IMG/VR virus record: IMGVR_UViG_3300037067_003771
Coordinates: 1 to 64,000 of that record
DNA: 64,000 bases
DNA from: a virus
Taxonomy: Duplodnaviria; Caudoviricetes
Reading direction: 5' to 3' (one strand)
Part shown: one piece after another, positions 48,281 through 57,737 of the stretch
Numbering within the stretch: position 1 is the first letter of the stretch
Layout of the letters: each line of letters begins with the position of its first letter
Position numbers and translations under genes: made by a program
The notes under the pieces: generated by a model
Database searches by the model: none
What the model was told of the DNA's origin: nothing
The model's input: only the letters and a program-made list of their open reading frames with translations

Positions 48281-49449
48281 TTTACTTCTCCTTTTAAATT
48301 TAAAAAATTAATTAGTTTTTCTTCTATTATGTTTTCCTTTAAATCTGTATATGTTAATTCAAGAAAGCCCTTATTAGTATTTATACAAAATTGTTTTTTA
48401 ATCGTGTCTGATTGTTGGGTTTTTTCAAAATTTTTAGATGCTCTACTTTCAGAAATTCCACCAAATTTTACTGGTTGATAATGTTGTTGTCCTTGAAATT
48501 CAATACAAATATTATATTGGGGCAAATAAAAATCAAATGGTAATGTGTATTTTGTTCCTCGACAGTCATCAAATCTAAACTGTGGTTTATATTTTATTTC
48601 ATATTTATCTAATAATTTTACTAATTCCTTTTCTCCTTTTGATTTTTTACAATAAGGACAACCATTACCCGCTAAATGATTTGTTGGTAGCTGTTTAAAT
48701 ATTTTTTCACATTTATTACATCTCATTTTTACTTTTACATTTTGATTAACATATTCTGATATATATTCAAAATCATCACCGTGAATCTCTTTTGCTTTTC
48801 TAAAAAATATTAATGCGTATTCTTCATATTTATCTTTATTCATATTTTCAAAAGAACATCGTGGACATTTATGTCCGTGTGTATGATTAAATGGTGTTTG
48901 CCAAAATATTCCATGTTCTTGACATTTTATTGGGATATTATTGGTTGAATTTATATAATAGTCTTCTGACAGTTCATAATTAAATCTATCACCATACAAT
49001 TCTTTTGCTTTCATTAAAAAATATTCAAATGATAATGTATGACCTAATCTTATTTTATTATTTCTACATTTTGGACAACCTTGACCACGCAAATGTGCTC
49101 CTGGCAATTGCCAAAAATACCCATGATCTAATTCATTAGTACATTTTATTTCTACTTTTATCTCTGAGTCTATATATATTGTTTTGTCATATTCACAATC
49201 ATCATGGATATCTTTTGCTTCTTTAATAAAGTCTTCGGTTGTTTTATGTAATCCGTGACATTTAGGACATCCCTGTTTTCTATTTATATGCTTATATGGT
49301 GTTTGATAAAATATATAATCATGCTTAATACAATATATTGGAAGTTTTGTATCACATCCTTTATATTCCTCAATTAAATGATAAGAATATTTATCACCAT
49401 GAATTTCTTTTGCTCTAATTTTAAACTCTTCTAATTTCAATTTTTTCAT
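48277..49449 (-). CDS. Putative homing endonuclease: repeated Zn-binding modules plus Vsr-like PD-(D/E)XK domain
   Basis: Four C..H/C...H..G.GCP.C repeats; SKGE; LPFDFYLP..ICIEFQGQQHY; D..K..FC. Confidence 0.8.
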   Translation of the reverse strand: MKKLKLEEFKIRAKEIHGDKYSYHLIEEYKGCDTKLPIYCIKHDYIFYQTPYKHINRKQGCPKCHGLHKTTEDFIKEAKDIHDDCEYDKTIYIDSEIKVEIKCTNELDHGYFWQLPGAHLRGQGCPKCRNNKIRLGHTLSFEYFLMKAKELYGDRFNYELSEDYYINSTNNIPIKCQEHGIFWQTPFNHTHGHKCPRCSFENMNKDKYEEYALIFFRKAKEIHGDDFEYISEYVNQNVKVKMRCNKCEKIFKQLPTNHLAGNGCPYCKKSKGEKELVKLLDKYEIKYKPQFRFDDCRGTKYTLPFDFYLPQYNICIEFQGQQHYQPVKFGGISESRASKNFEKTQQSDTIKKQFCINTNKGFLELTYTDLKENIIEEKLINFLNLKGEVK

Positions 49450-49475
49450 TATATCTCCTTGTTAGAATTTTTAAA

Positions 49476-49537
49476 AAGAGGTCATCCTTACTTCAACAAG
49501 GTTTTCAGGAAACAAGTTGCAACTTGCTGTCCCTCTT
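49476..49537 (-). ncRNA. Putative structured RNA/DNA element, copy B
   Basis: AAGAGGGACAGCAAG-TTGCAA-CTTGTTTCCTGAAA...GATGACCTCTT in the 5' leader of the endonuclease gene. Confidence 0.45.
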
Positions 49538-49551
49538 ATTATTCTTATTTG

Positions 49552-50304
49552 TTAACCAATAAAAAAATCTGGCGGTGCCGATTCTGAATATATTCTCTCT
49601 AAAATCTTTTCTTCATCTTCACGACCCTCAGATACAAATGCGTCCCCATTGATTGTTATTCCATCGGGCATGGTCACGTTATATTTTCGTATGTGTTGAC
49701 CGACTAAAATTTTTGCTCTAGCAACTGCCAATTTTTTAACTAAAGGATGATTATATAAATATTCAGCTTTTTCTTTTATATATAATGCAACCATTCCAAC
49801 CATATTTTGTGTTGGTGTTGGTATAATTTCTAACACTTCACGACCAGGGTGCCATTGTGCTCTATACATTTTTCCAAAACTCATTTTAATTTGTTCGAGA
49901 TATTCAAGAGCGATTTCCCATTCAACCAAAACAAGCCCACCACCCGATCCCCCAAGCATTCCAGACTTCTTTATCATAGTATCATATAAAAGAACATGTG
50001 TTGGAGAAAACATTATGTTTATTCCGTCAAGGCCATAGGATAATTGTAAATCGTATGAATCCGATATATTATATCCACTAAGGCAGTATTGACTTACTCC
50101 GGCGCTAACAACGATTGTCGTGTATTGTAAATAAGTTCCTTCTGAATTATACCTAATAAAATCTTGAACTGAATCGAAAATAACATAATCTAATTGGCTA
50201 TGTGTTCCCGTACTATCATCAACTTCAAGTTCAACTTGATTTACGGGATAGCCTAAATAGTGCAATATATAATCTTTAAATTCAGCAATTGTAGTTATAT
50301 TCAT
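49552..50304 (-). CDS. Neck protein, T4 gp13-like
   Basis: FKDYILHYLGYPVNQVEL; VKKLAVARAK..G..KY..MPDGITING; PPDFFIG. Confidence 0.88.
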   Translation of the reverse strand: MNITTIAEFKDYILHYLGYPVNQVELEVDDSTGTHSQLDYVIFDSVQDFIRYNSEGTYLQYTTIVVSAGVSQYCLSGYNISDSYDLQLSYGLDGINIMFSPTHVLLYDTMIKKSGMLGGSGGGLVLVEWEIALEYLEQIKMSFGKMYRAQWHPGREVLEIIPTPTQNMVGMVALYIKEKAEYLYNHPLVKKLAVARAKILVGQHIRKYNVTMPDGITINGDAFVSEGREDEEKILERIYSESAPPDFFIG

Positions 50305-50630
50305 TTATTATTTCCTTCTAAAATTCTTTTACTAAATTTTTTACCAGCGGCATCTTTTAATATTTTTTTTCTTTTTTTAGCTTTTTTGCCTTGTAATGGT
50401 TTATTTATTTTTTCGTTAGGTTTTGCTTCATCAATTACTTTATCCGTAATATCAACAACATTTTCCATTTTAGGTATAATTGGTTTTGGTGGAACCAATA
50501 CTTTTAATTCTTTAAAAAACCCAAAATCATCAGGAACGGTATACACATGATTATCAGATGGAATAACAACTTTTTGTCCTCTATATAATAAAGCAAAATC
50601 ATAACCAACACTATTTATAATAACCATCAT
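50301..50630 (-). CDS. Hypothetical protein with basic C-terminus
   Basis: 109-aa ORF overlapping the gp13 start. Confidence 0.55.
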   Translation of the reverse strand: MMVIINSVGYDFALLYRGQKVVIPSDNHVYTVPDDFGFFKELKVLVPPKPIIPKMENVVDITDKVIDEAKPNEKINKPLQGKKAKKRKKILKDAAGKKFSKRILEGNNK

Positions 50631-50639
50631 TCAATCCTT

Positions 50640-51293
50640 TCAATTAAAATTTATAGATTCAAAATTATAAGGTTCTTTCGACATCTTATGAAATTTTCTT
50701 ATATTTGTTGCATAATCGGGTTCACTTAAATCAACATCATCATTAGTATTTATATTATCTGGAAATCTAATCATAGATTTTTCATCATCTGTTTCAAAAT
50801 GCCATTTAATATCTTTTAAATTTATTATATTAGAAAACATTTTCTGAAATTTCTTATATAACTCTCCTTTTGTTCTACCATTCATCATTCTAAAATATGA
50901 TATTTGATTTTCGTATTCTGTTAATAATGAGTTAGGAAATCTCTGATCCCAAACCAATTTAAAATCCCAATCTTTTGCTTTTGTTTCTAAAATTCCAGAA
51001 TATCTTAATTGATCAAACATAGTTGAATGATAGATACCTCCTGGCCACATAAAATATTCCGGTGTTCCTTTATAAAAATTCAAAACACCAATTCTCACGC
51101 CACTAAAAGAGTGTCCATCTAAATCATATTTTGATCGATGATCTTTAGCTATTTTTATAAATTCGTTTTTATTTGGATTAACTGTAACAGGAATTTGTTT
51201 ACCTTCTGAATTTGAAATTTCTTCAAACTCCAACTCTTTAGATATATCAACATAAAACTCTTCTTTTAAATAATAAAAGTTAGAAAAATTCAT
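50640..51293 (-). CDS. Hypothetical protein, possible internal head protein
   Basis: MNFSNFYYLKEE leader. Confidence 0.6.
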   Translation of the reverse strand: MNFSNFYYLKEEFYVDISKELEFEEISNSEGKQIPVTVNPNKNEFIKIAKDHRSKYDLDGHSFSGVRIGVLNFYKGTPEYFMWPGGIYHSTMFDQLRYSGILETKAKDWDFKLVWDQRFPNSLLTEYENQISYFRMMNGRTKGELYKKFQKMFSNIINLKDIKWHFETDDEKSMIRFPDNINTNDDVDLSEPDYATNIRKFHKMSKEPYNFESINFN

Positions 51294-51313
51294 ATTTTCC
51301 CTTTATAAAAATA

Positions 51314-51354
51314 AAAAACTATAAATACTACCCTTATTAGTATTTATAGTTTTT
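51314..51354. promoter_or_regulatory. 17-bp perfect inverted repeat with a late promoter box in each arm
   Basis: AAAAACTATAAATACTA-N7-TAGTATTTATAGTTTTT. Confidence 0.6.
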
Positions 51355-51374
51355 ATAAAAAATATAACCATATT

Positions 51375-51411
51375 AAAATAAAAATGAAGATGAATTTCTT
51401 CATCTTCATTT
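51375..51411 (-). terminator. Rho-independent terminator after the major capsid gene
   Basis: AAATGAAGATGAA-GAAA-TTCATCTTCATTT plus U tract. Confidence 0.75.
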
Positions 51412-51442
51412 ATTTATATAAATTACTATACTAAACCTTTAA

Positions 51443-52795
51443 TTAAGCACCAGGAATAAGTGAGCTAAGATTAGTATAAGCAAGTAATCTATAGTAACGA
51501 CCAGCACCGAGCAATGATTCAGAAATACTATAACGGCTATTAACACCGATACGTGGACTGAAATCATCAGGAGAAATCGCACGATTTTCTAATCCCATAA
51601 TATAAGGACTGAAAATGATACCAGCATCCGAAATACCGGCACCCTTAAAACCAACAAGAGCATAATCGGCTGAAGCATATTGATCTCTATAAACGTCCAT
51701 AGTTCCATTAAGTTTTCCAATAGCTGCCATAGTGGTAGTTGGATTTACTTTCTGAGAATACTGAACAAACTGATGTCCAGCGGCCTGTAAAGCAGTGGCA
51801 ACTGTAGGAGAAACAACTACGAAATTACCTGGGCCTCTACGTGTTGCAGTTGCAATCTTATTCTGTTGATGAATAATTGAAGCAACCAAATTCATATATT
51901 TTTCACCTGACCATCTACCGTCAATCCCACCAGCACCACTTGTGCTTACATCAATAGCAGTAATAAGAGCACCACCATTGGTAGTATCAACCGAAGATTT
52001 CTTCATTCTGTAAAGCAATTCTCTATCTAACTCAGCCTGAATTTCATACTGAAGCATAGATACCATTTCTTTTTCGATATCAATACCCTGCATGGCTTTG
52101 ATATCTTGTGCAGCTTCAAGAGAAAAAGAAGCAGCAAGTTTTCTTGATTTAGCTTCAATAGCTATTCTATCAATTCTAAAACCAAGTTGATTATAATCTG
52201 CATCACCTTCAAGAATCGAAGTTGTACCAGAAGTCGAAGTTGCAGTCCAAGCATCGCCTTTAGCAATCTGAAGTGCTTCAGCGGCAGATACAGCCCAACC
52301 AGAAGCAGACGAATCATAAATACCAGCATGAGATGCGCTAGAAAGTGAAGAACCAACATAATCTTCTAATGCGGCTGAAGTTCCAGGAGAACCAGACCAA
52401 CCACCATAAGTAGGAACGTGATCCCAACCAGCTTCAACACCAGTACCGTCTTTCTGATATGTAAATCTAATAGCAAATGCAAAGCCAACAGGTGTATTCA
52501 TCGCCTGAACACCAACAACTTTATTTGCAAAAAGATCAGGGAAAGTACGTCTCTGAAGTGCGAGTGCAACCGGACGAAAACGCCAATCACCAGTAGTAGA
52601 CGAATCTAAATTTGTGGTATTAATCGAGCCATCTGAACCACTTTCAAAAAGACTTCTACCAGAAAAATCTTTGTTTTCCTGATTTTCGAGCAACTGTGCA
52701 AGGTTTGCCTTGACATGAGAATCTTCAATCCCTCTAATACTCATTGGCCCCTTAACATTTTCCCATTTTTTTACTAACTGTTTCTTGTCCATCAT
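51443..52795 (-). CDS. Major capsid protein, T4 gp23-like
   Basis: LVKKW; AQLLENQ; VGVQAMNTP.G; AKSRKL.A.FSLEAAQD; TRRGPGNF; DAGIIFSPY; FSPRIG..SRY. Confidence 0.95.
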   Translation of the reverse strand: MMDKKQLVKKWENVKGPMSIRGIEDSHVKANLAQLLENQENKDFSGRSLFESGSDGSINTTNLDSSTTGDWRFRPVALALQRRTFPDLFANKVVGVQAMNTPVGFAFAIRFTYQKDGTGVEAGWDHVPTYGGWSGSPGTSAALEDYVGSSLSSASHAGIYDSSASGWAVSAAEALQIAKGDAWTATSTSGTTSILEGDADYNQLGFRIDRIAIEAKSRKLAASFSLEAAQDIKAMQGIDIEKEMVSMLQYEIQAELDRELLYRMKKSSVDTTNGGALITAIDVSTSGAGGIDGRWSGEKYMNLVASIIHQQNKIATATRRGPGNFVVVSPTVATALQAAGHQFVQYSQKVNPTTTMAAIGKLNGTMDVYRDQYASADYALVGFKGAGISDAGIIFSPYIMGLENRAISPDDFSPRIGVNSRYSISESLLGAGRYYRLLAYTNLSSLIPGA

Positions 52796-52832
52796 ATAAA
52801 ATCCTCCTATAAAATAATTTAATTTTTAATTC

Positions 52833-53678
52833 TTAATCTTCATCTGAAAAAAGATACTTGTTAGCAAAATCACTTAAAGTGTCTTTTTCTACTATTTCTT
52901 CTTTAATAACTGTTTTCTTTGGTGTAGCAACTTTATCATTTTCAGAAATGACATTTTCGATTTTCTTTGATTCAGTAGCCTTTTTAAATTTCTTATTTGT
53001 CCCTTCTTTAATGAGAACAATGTAATCATCAATCTTTTTTTCTACTTCGTCAAACTTCTTATCTTTAAACATTTCAACAACTTGTTTCTTGTCGGTATTT
53101 GTAAGGCCAGAAGTTTTTTCTGAAATCATCAGAAAAGTTGATGCCTTTTCAAGTTTACCTTCTAAAGCAACACATTTTGCAATTGATTCAGAAAGGTCTT
53201 TATTAGACTTTTCCACCTTAATTGACAAATCCTTAACAATATTTTCACCTTCAGAATCAAGTTCGATATGACCTTCAGTAAAAATCTTCTTAATGTTGTT
53301 TACAACAGGAAGCAAAGTTTCATTAATTGCTATCTTATTAAGCAATTCATCTGAAATCTGTTCAACAATAACTTGCTCTAAGAAACTATCCAATTTAGAA
53401 ACGATCTTCTTTTCCAAATTAGCGAGTTTAGTATCATAGGTTTCTACAAGTTTTGTCTTCTCTTCATTAGACCGTTTTTCTACTTCTTCTTTAACAAAAT
53501 CTTCTGCGATCTTGTCATATTTCTTTTTTAATTCTTCTTCTTTTAAATTCACTAAACTTTCCAATTTTGTATTGACTCTATCGACAATCATAGACTCAAT
53601 AGCCCCTTCAAAGACCTTAAGGTCTTCAGGAGATAAGATTTCTTTAAGTTTTTGTGTAATCTTTTTTGACATAAACAT
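52833..53678 (-). CDS. Prohead scaffolding protein, gp22-like
   Basis: Glu/Lys-rich coiled coil with KLDSFLE.V; between protease and capsid genes. Confidence 0.85.
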   Translation of the reverse strand: MFMSKKITQKLKEILSPEDLKVFEGAIESMIVDRVNTKLESLVNLKEEELKKKYDKIAEDFVKEEVEKRSNEEKTKLVETYDTKLANLEKKIVSKLDSFLEQVIVEQISDELLNKIAINETLLPVVNNIKKIFTEGHIELDSEGENIVKDLSIKVEKSNKDLSESIAKCVALEGKLEKASTFLMISEKTSGLTNTDKKQVVEMFKDKKFDEVEKKIDDYIVLIKEGTNKKFKKATESKKIENVISENDKVATPKKTVIKEEIVEKDTLSDFANKYLFSDED

Positions 53679-53703
53679 TTCCTCCTACTAATTAGTACAT
53701 AAG

Positions 53704-53711
53704 TATTTATA
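53704..53711 (-). promoter_or_regulatory. T4-type late promoter
   Basis: TATAAATACTT upstream of AGGAGG. Confidence 0.75.
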
Positions 53712-53740
53712 TTTTTTATAGTTAAAAATTAACAAAAAAT

Positions 53741-54421
53741 TTAATTTTTTTTATTTTTAATTTCTGCAATAAATTCAAGCATATACGATAACATCAAATT
53801 TGACACATCTTTACATTCAAATTTATTAGATTTTTTTTCTACACTTTTTTGTAAATTATTCAACGCAACTTCAACTATTTTTCCATCGTTACCTAAAATA
53901 TATTCTCTATTCTCAAGCACTCCCTTAACAAATGCTGTTGGTGCGGAAGGACTATGAATGATATCAACACCAATCAGTGAAAAATCTTCACTAACCCATT
54001 CACCTTCCAGTGTACCTAGACCGCAAGTTGACATACCCAAAAGAATACCCTCATCAACTAATGTTTTTGCAATTCTTCCCATAGGAGTATCTAATAATTT
54101 AGCCTTACCATAACCGATATTATTTTTCATATATAGTTCAGTAATTAAATGTGATACTCTATCAAGATTAACCATTGGTGTTTCAGAATGATCAAGCTGT
54201 CCTAATGACCGTTTTTGTTTAATATAATTTTCATTATATGCTTTTACTTCACGTTCAATAACATCTTGTTTATAACGTCTACCATTTTTGTTTAAAGTTT
54301 CTGCTTCTAAAAATGGGCCAGTTAAAAAGTAATTCTTTTTCGTTTCACCATTTATTTCGTAATCTTCTTTTAATATATCAATGTCCTTAATGTCAACGAA
54401 TTCTCTAATTATTTTGGGCAT
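53741..54421 (-). CDS. Prohead protease, T4 gp21-like
   Basis: GPFLEAETLNKNGRRY; LGQLDHS; VSHLI; LLDTPMG; GMSTCGLG; DIIHSPSAPTAFV. Confidence 0.92.
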   Translation of the reverse strand: MPKIIREFVDIKDIDILKEDYEINGETKKNYFLTGPFLEAETLNKNGRRYKQDVIEREVKAYNENYIKQKRSLGQLDHSETPMVNLDRVSHLITELYMKNNIGYGKAKLLDTPMGRIAKTLVDEGILLGMSTCGLGTLEGEWVSEDFSLIGVDIIHSPSAPTAFVKGVLENREYILGNDGKIVEVALNNLQKSVEKKSNKFECKDVSNLMLSYMLEFIAEIKNKKN

Positions 54422-54470
54422 AATAACTCTCCTACAAATAGTTTATAGAACAAAAATTTTGCTCTATAAG

Positions 54471-54478
54471 TATTTATA
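54471..54478 (-). promoter_or_regulatory. T4-type late promoter
   Basis: Intergenic TATAAATACTT. Confidence 0.75.
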
Positions 54479-54491
54479 TATTTTATTTATT

Positions 54492-54671
54492 TTATTTCGT
54501 TAAATTAAGAATTTCTTCTTGTTTTTCTTTTGGTATATTATTTATTTGTGCTAATACATCAACTTTTTTATCATCAATCTTTTGTTTAATGATTGCTGAT
54601 GTTTTTTCTTCTGTGTAATCTTTTAATTCTACCCAATTATCATCAAGAATAGTTTTAATGATCGATTCCAT
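54492..54671 (-). CDS. Small prohead core protein candidate (59 aa)
   Basis: Below the ORF-track cutoff; AGGAG RBS; MESIIKTILDDNWVELKDY...; occupies the T4 gp67/68 position. Confidence 0.6.
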   Translation of the reverse strand: MESIIKTILDDNWVELKDYTEEKTSAIIKQKIDDKKVDVLAQINNIPKEKQEEILNLTK

Positions 54672-54704
54672 TTTGTTGCTCCTTTTTGTTGTTAAAAACT
54701 CAAT

Positions 54705-55235
54705 TTAATTATTTACTTTAGATTTTATAAAATCAATTTCTCTAGGATGCATCTTCTCAATATTTTGTTTAATAATTTCTTTTGCTCTACTAAAATATTT
54801 TTTAATATAATCAACAATTTTTTCTGGTGAATCTGTCTTTTTTCTAAATCCCAATTTTAATCTGCCATATGCCATATATTTTTCTGTTGGCGCTGTCGAT
54901 ATACTACCACCTCTATGAGTGTCAATAGTAACTTTTTCTGGTAATGTTCCGTCTGAATTTAATTCTCTTCCTTCAGCATCAATAGTAAAATCATGAATCA
55001 TTGGATCATTGTCAATTATTCCATTACTCCATTCCGTTTGATCTTTGCCTAATGTAAATTTAACATGAATTGATGGATAAAAACTTGTACTAAATTTAGA
55101 CACAACATAAGAATTAGGAAAAACTTCTTTTATTGCCAATTTAATTTTTTCTGCTAATTCATTTGCCGTCATTGAAACGTCTTCATTTAATGTTTTATCA
55201 AATGCTTCATTTAAATATTTTTCATAATTTTTCAT
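54705..55235 (-). CDS. Putative internal head protein
   Basis: MKNYEKYLNEAFDK leader shared with the adjacent gene. Confidence 0.65.
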   Translation of the reverse strand: MKNYEKYLNEAFDKTLNEDVSMTANELAEKIKLAIKEVFPNSYVVSKFSTSFYPSIHVKFTLGKDQTEWSNGIIDNDPMIHDFTIDAEGRELNSDGTLPEKVTIDTHRGGSISTAPTEKYMAYGRLKLGFRKKTDSPEKIVDYIKKYFSRAKEIIKQNIEKMHPREIDFIKSKVNN

Positions 55236-55933
55236 GCTTACCTCTGTTTATAAATTTTTACCTATCTTTTTATTTTAATAACTCATCTTTTTCATTCTTA
55301 ACAAATTCATAAGCATTTTTCAAAGCATCAGTTTCATGTTTAAATGCTGGCATTCCAAAACCATCTTCTGTATAATGATCTATGTCAATTGTCCCACCAT
55401 ATTTTTTTAATAATTCTTTATTTTCAACATTATCTTTAATGATTAAATCAACAACGACATAATTAAAAGAAGGTCTAAATACATTATGTGGAGAAACATA
55501 ATCATCATAAACAGTTGTCCCATCTGGAAACTTATAAACATCTCTTATTCTATTTCTATTAACTTCTATAGTTTCTAAACTTTCAGCGGTTTCTTCCCAT
55601 TGCTCAAATGTATGAAAATTATTTATAGATTCATTCAATTTATAAACACTAGCATAATTAACAGTTTTAATAATTGGTTCAATATTTTTCCATTTTCTAT
55701 TACCCTCATCATATTTTTCTGTGCATTTAATTTTATATGAATATATGTCTGAACCAAATTGATCTTTTCCTAAAATTGATTTTATTACCTCTCCTCTTAA
55801 TTTACCAATAGATACTTTTATTCCAGGTTCTAAATATTCATTAGCGTCAATGGATTTTAAATTTTTTTCATTGAGTTTATCAAACGCTTCATTTAAATAT
55901 TTTTCATAATTTTTCATGTTTGCCTCTGTTTAT
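55194..55933. repeat. 58-nt direct repeat (55194-55251 and 55876-55933)
   Basis: RBS plus first 14 codons duplicated, 55/58 identical. Confidence 0.85.
55270..55917 (-). CDS. Putative internal head protein
   Basis: MKNYEKYLNEAFDK leader; internal LNES junction. Confidence 0.65.
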   Translation of the reverse strand: MKNYEKYLNEAFDKLNEKNLKSIDANEYLEPGIKVSIGKLRGEVIKSILGKDQFGSDIYSYKIKCTEKYDEGNRKWKNIEPIIKTVNYASVYKLNESINNFHTFEQWEETAESLETIEVNRNRIRDVYKFPDGTTVYDDYVSPHNVFRPSFNYVVVDLIIKDNVENKELLKKYGGTIDIDHYTEDGFGMPAFKHETDALKNAYEFVKNEKDELLK

Positions 55934-57727
55934 GTTTACAAATTCTTGTAATATTGGTGTAGTTTTTCCTTTTATTTTAAAAGTAAAAGATTCTTCCGGT
56001 GTAACTTCTTCAGGAGTTTCTTCTGTTGCTGGAACTTCTTCAGGAGTTTCTTCTTCTGTTCCTACTGGTTCATTACCACCAGTAGCGCCGCCAAATCCAG
56101 ATGCAGTTGTATTCACTTCAGGTTTTTCAACACCAAATTCATCTTCTTCATTGTCGCTTGCATTATCAAATCCAGCTTCAATTTGTTTTGCTTCAAATGT
56201 TAAATTTTCTTTTTCTTTTAACATTTTATTCAATTCAAATTCTTCATCTGTCATCATAAACCATTTTCTCAACACAAATTCTTGAGAAAAATATCCATTT
56301 GGATTTTCTTCAGGCTTATAAATAAAAGAATCTATATTTCCAAGTAAAGCAAATCTGGATTCTAACAATTCTAATTCTTTATATCGTTTATATAAATTAG
56401 ATTCACTAAATTTAATATTGTAAAGAGAATAATCTAAATAAGCATCATCTCTTCCTCTTAATCGTAAAATGATAATAAATGTATCAAATAAAACATATTT
56501 AAATTTTTTCTGTAATCTTGTTATGAAATTTGAAAACTTAATTTCCTCTTGACTAACTTCACCACTTTTACCTGTACTATATTGATTTCCTGTTTCAACA
56601 TCACTCCATCTAGTACTAGGAAGTTTTAAATTCTTATAGAGTTTCTTTTGGAAGTATTTTACATCTTCCATTTCACCAAGATTTTGTGCTGCCGGGAGAG
56701 TATCAACCGTGGTTTGTTCGCCATCACTACCTTTTGCAAACCAATAATCTTCAATCATTGCTTGAACATTTTGTGCAGAGTCCATTGCTCCCGTAGAAGA
56801 ATCATATTTTATTCTTTTTCTATATCTCTGCATCAAACCTTTTATATATTCTTCAGCTTTAGTTTTTGGCATATTGCGGGTTGCAACATTCCAAATTCTT
56901 CTTTCGGCAGACCTACTTATACGATAAATAACAACAGCATCTTCTAAATTTTTTAATTGATTATATACTCTAACACAAGATTCTAAAAATCCTTTTACAT
57001 CATATTTATTTAAACCTGTTCCATAACTAATATGAACAACTTGATCTTTATCAAATAAAACATTATCTTTAACTTCTTCTCCATGTGATGCTGGAACCTC
57101 ATTAATATTAAACGAGTTCACAGACTGCACATAACCCACGATTTTGCCATCTTCATATACAGGGGCCATTGTATGTGGGGGTAATACTTTAATGCCTATT
57201 ATATCGCTTCCTTGGCTGTTTAAAATCAATTCTATGTACAATTCACCATCAACAAGAAACTTTCTAAATAAATCCCATCCGATTTCATTAAAATTAAACA
57301 CATCTTCTATTAAATCTGTCCAATCTTGTCTAATTGTTTCGTCAATGTGTTGTGGTAATTCTCTTTTTATTTCTAAATCAACAAGACTTCCATCTATAGA
57401 TTCAAGAACGGCATCATCAGAAATAATATCCAAAGCATCAGATATATCCGGATAATAAGACATTTCTCTATATTTTGATATTCTATTTAACTTTGTAGAA
57501 AAATATTCCTCAAACTGAATATTAATAGAAGTCATCCCACAACTACTCTCATTATTATATTCATATTCAGAACTTAAATTAGAAATTTGTTTTCTTAAAT
57601 CTAATTGTTCTTGAGAATAGCCTTGACTATTAATAATTTCTTGTTTTGATTGAACATCATCATCGAAACGCTTAGTACTAAAAAACTTAGCAAATTTGTT
57701 TATATTTACAAAATTAAACAATCCCAT
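55904..57727 (-). CDS. Portal protein, T4 gp20-like
   Basis: YREMSYYP; VDG; NQLKNLEDAVVIYRISRSAERR; EDYW; TLP..QNLGEMEDV.YF; EEIKFSNFI.RLQ. Confidence 0.95.
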   Translation of the reverse strand: MGLFNFVNINKFAKFFSTKRFDDDVQSKQEIINSQGYSQEQLDLRKQISNLSSEYEYNNESSCGMTSINIQFEEYFSTKLNRISKYREMSYYPDISDALDIISDDAVLESIDGSLVDLEIKRELPQHIDETIRQDWTDLIEDVFNFNEIGWDLFRKFLVDGELYIELILNSQGSDIIGIKVLPPHTMAPVYEDGKIVGYVQSVNSFNINEVPASHGEEVKDNVLFDKDQVVHISYGTGLNKYDVKGFLESCVRVYNQLKNLEDAVVIYRISRSAERRIWNVATRNMPKTKAEEYIKGLMQRYRKRIKYDSSTGAMDSAQNVQAMIEDYWFAKGSDGEQTTVDTLPAAQNLGEMEDVKYFQKKLYKNLKLPSTRWSDVETGNQYSTGKSGEVSQEEIKFSNFITRLQKKFKYVLFDTFIIILRLRGRDDAYLDYSLYNIKFSESNLYKRYKELELLESRFALLGNIDSFIYKPEENPNGYFSQEFVLRKWFMMTDEEFELNKMLKEKENLTFEAKQIEAGFDNASDNEEDEFGVEKPEVNTTASGFGGATGGNEPVGTEEETPEEVPATEETPEEVTPEESFTFKIKGKTTPILQEFVNINRGKHEKL

Positions 57728-57737
57728 TTATTATCCT

